From Phoronis australis (lineage: Eukaryota > Animalia > Phoronida): 64,000 bases of DNA. The DNA lies in assembly GCA_002633005.1 (NCBI GenBank), contig NMRA01000302.1, forward strand, positions 401,848 to 465,847. Reading direction: 5' to 3'. The position numbers were made by a program, and so were the translations under genes. A model generated the notes under the pieces. The model saw only the letters and a list, made by a program, of their open reading frames with translations. It was not told where the DNA came from and did no database searches. This document shows, in pieces, positions 61,801-64,000 of the stretch. How positions within the stretch are numbered: the stretch's first letter is position 1; every line of letters starts with the position of its first letter.

Positions 61801-63565
61801 AAGCAGTACTGCTATCATATTGCAATATTTTGTCATATTTTGTAAATATTTTGTGATATTTCTTTGTTACTGTTTACTGCAGCTGCAGTAAATTGTTCTT
61901 TGTTCTTCTAACTTAGTCGTTTGCTTCTAGGTACAACTTGAAGTTTGGGCAGAAATGCGAAGACAACCATGCGTTTTGTACCGATGTAATAGCAGCCTTT
62001 ACTAGAGACCATGGTCGTCTGCCTGTCACGCACATGACCTCAGAGGCATTCCATGCCAGGAGCAGGTGACAACCATTGATTGACGTCCTAGTTTACTTGT
62101 CTGGCAGCAAAAGTTTGGGAAGAGTGAAATTTACTACTACATCATTACTGAGTCTTATTCTGCGAGTGAAAAACTTCAATTCATAATATAGACTAGGGCC
62201 CAGTTGCATAAAAGTTATACGCCGTATAGCAACAATGACGTTGCATAATCACGCGTCACGTTGTTATTGTTGAACAATGCACATGACGTCATGCAACAAT
62301 CAAACTTATCCAGTGTATAACTTTTGAATTTTTATGCAACTCAGTCTGGGTGTGTTATTTAAAAGAATACTAAATCATACAGATACTTACCACGGGAGTT
62401 ACTATTTCTTTCAAATAATAACCATATTTTGTAATCCAGTTCGACTCTCAAATGCTTGTGTGACTTGCATACTGACCAAGTTAGTAGATGGCTGTGTGGT
62501 TAGACCGCACAGGGAAACACGTGATCCATGAAGTGATACAATGAGAAGCAGCTGAATGTTGGTTTTGTTTCACTAAAAGTATCGTACCTTTACAAATTTT
62601 TTGCACATAGTCTTAACGGAAACTTGACGTAAGTCTTCATTTAGACTTTATGTAAAAAAAGTTTTTGAGGTTCTGACATTTTTGTAAAACAGGCCGCAGG
62701 GTTTTGGTACTGTTTAATCATTGTATTTTTTATTTCAGTTTTGTTTTTGATGAAGAATTACCCGTCATGGTGGCATTAGTACACCCAGAAAATATCACGC
62801 AAAGTTCTCGCTTTCTCAAGGTATGCGCCTTTGCATAAATAGAATTGTTTTATAATCTTAAATATTTAGTGTTTAGCTCTTTTGTGATGTTTGTATGTCA
62901 GAGCGAGTCCGGTGGTTCATTTTCGTCATGCTCGGGTTTTTTTTTTGGTACTAGTAAGATGAGAGGAATAGTTTTTGTGGATTTAGTAGTTAGATATCCA
63001 ATCCAAAACATTACTTTTAAAATCTTAAAACTTGAACAAATTGAAGAAATTGCAACCAAAAACATCTGATGAGAGAATGATTATGATATTGAAGAGTAGT
63101 GTGGTTATGTTGTTAATGTGACACTTCTGGCAATGTCCTCAGGTGGGTTTGCATACATTTTGTGGCGAGACTTTACTTCAGTTGATTCTCAAAATGTCGA
63201 GATAACGCTGTCATGTTTTTATTAGGCAAAAAATGTAAAAGAGTATCGTGTGAACTTTCTATTGTTAATGCACACTAAATACACTCCTTGCAGGCAAATT
63301 TCGTTGAATAATATATATCCGTTTCACAAGTTCGACACAAAACTTCTCCCAATTTCTGGGGAATTTCCTTTCGGTTGAAAGCATTTTCAAGGTACGTTCT
63401 TACTTTTGGCCTTCACCAGATGCACTGTTTGGTTTCAGTCCCTTGAGAGAGTGGCGCATCAGCTGTATCAAGACCTGGTGGTGGTCACCGTTGACGTTGA
63501 CCAGTACCCATCGTGGGCGGGGAGGTTTGTGCCCAGGGATTATCAGAGATCAGTTATGATTAGTG
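43820..63565 (+). CDS. Uncharacterised secretory-pathway protein with several thioredoxin-like (PDI-like) domains, at least 855 aa, 3' end unresolved. Exons: 43820-43916, 47361-47471, 48139-48242, 49745-49873, 50595-50729, 50982-51108, 51504-51598, 51934-52120, 52731-52823, 53014-53156, 53926-54072, 54525-54680 (duplicate 56507-56662), 56078-56162 (duplicate 57927-58011), 58616-58803, 59236-59322, 60320-60538, 61165-61283, 61931-62065, 62739-62820, 63439-63565
   Basis: Twenty GT-AG exons chain with consistent phases and no stops. Exon 1 encodes a signal-peptide-like segment (MSDERQRRFITLNLLLVCFICVLSS). Thioredoxin-fold hallmarks: LTEENFEEEI...SLVCFYADY, VIFVISDC(G/S)SC, VNCTSDPRLCKENDVTGFPTL, FSVTTWPTVIVL and VVTVDVDQYP. 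Exons 1-4 are supported by phase and splice signals only. Confidence 0.8.
44019..46509. repeat. About 1.2-kb near-identical tandem duplication at an n (probable uncollapsed haplotypes)
   Basis: 44019-45233 versus about 45289-46509, with scattered SNPs and small indels; n at 45234. Confidence 0.9.
44038..44782. mobile_element. Putative non-autonomous DNA transposon in intron 1 of the thioredoxin-fold gene (second copy about 45315-46059)
   Basis: Imperfect TIRs TAGACTAGGCAATTACATCGCCCTGG / CCAGGGGCTACGTGTTGCCTTGTTCGA. No ORF, and the TSD is unclear. Confidence 0.45.
47839..47927. repeat. 22-bp minisatellite, 4 copies
   Basis: Unit approximately GAACTAATATAGTAGACAGACA. Confidence 0.85.
49165..49422. 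repeat. 23-bp minisatellite, about 11 copies
   Basis: Unit ATTGTCCCCAAACTGGTGTGTTT; it explains the repetitive ORFs at 49017-49451. Confidence 0.95.
54441..58269. repeat. About 1.9-kb tandem duplication at an n, carrying two exons of the thioredoxin-fold gene (probable uncollapsed haplotypes)
   Basis: 54441-56420 versus 56422-58269; n at 56421, exactly at the junction. Confidence 0.9.
55713..55904. repeat. 38-bp minisatellite, 5 copies (3 copies in the duplicate at about 57638-57753)
   Basis: Unit GCATCAGGTGGTTGTAGGCCACATAACTCAGGTCCATT. Confidence 0.9.
62196..62348. mobile_element. Harbinger-like MITE remnant (related fragment at about 6020-6180)
   Basis: GGGCCCAGTTGCATAAAAGTTATAC ... GTATAACTTTT..TTTTATGCAACT inverted ends; a similar GGGCCCAATTGCATAAG occurs at 6020. 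Confidence 0.5.
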
Positions 63566-64000
63566 GTGAGTACAGAAATAACAGTGTCACCGCTTTAAAA
63601 AAATATTGCCGTAATGTAGTTTAGTTTTCTTTGAAAATGTTTTAATGTAGTGATTTTCATACAGTTGTGGATTTTTTACTGGAGAATTTAACTGTCATTT
63701 TTACGTTGGTTCACTGATATGAAGAAACAATGATCTGATTTGTTGCAATACATTTCTGTGTCATCACTTCAAAGGAAAATGTGCCATAAAGTAGTTTGCT
63801 ATGAAAACTTTTTATCTTAATGACTGCTGTACAGTTCGGTATTTTTACTGCAAAATTTGGCTGTCATTTTCATGTTGGTTTACTGAGAACATTGAAGAAA
63901 TGAATTTCTGATTTAGGTACAAGTCATATTTTTGTTTCAATGCGAGTTTGAGTTAATCATTTTTATAGGATAATGATTCTGCGCGAGTATTGTTCTATCA

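Noticed and set aside
63969-64000. Next exon of the thioredoxin-fold gene after ttttatag
   Set aside because: Joined to the phase-1 donor at 63565 it gives an immediate stop. I cannot tell whether it is the true last exon, needs an unseen micro-exon, or is not an exon, so it is left unannotated.

Overview
AT-rich, intron-rich eukaryotic genomic DNA, probably from an invertebrate animal (inferred; I cannot identify the species). By reading splice sites and codon phases I can assemble five protein-coding genes. (1) The last 7 coding exons of a GAK/auxilin gene (+, 225-6957, ending in an HPD J-domain). (2, 3) Two intact tandem paralogs of the PQ-loop transporter SLC66A3/PQLC3 (-, 10738-18353 and 22843-27866; 6 exons, 211 aa, about 88% identical). 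Both keep a textbook minor-spliceosome (U12) intron. (4) An intronless frataxin (-, 42803-43513). (5) Head-to-head with frataxin, 306 bp between start codons, a large signal-peptide-bearing multi-thioredoxin-fold (PDI-like) gene (+, from 43820, at least 20 exons, at least 855 aa). I cannot assign it to a named family, and its 3' end is unresolved at the window edge. The rest is decayed Tc1/mariner copies, several MITE families (one with apparent 5-bp target duplications), tRNA-derived SINEs, a LINE fragment and minisatellites. Three near-identical tandem duplications abut a single 'n' and are probably uncollapsed-haplotype or scaffolding artefacts. I see no clearly new biological system. The best leads are the U12-intron PQ-loop paralog pair and the intronless frataxin / uncharacterised PDI-like divergent pair.
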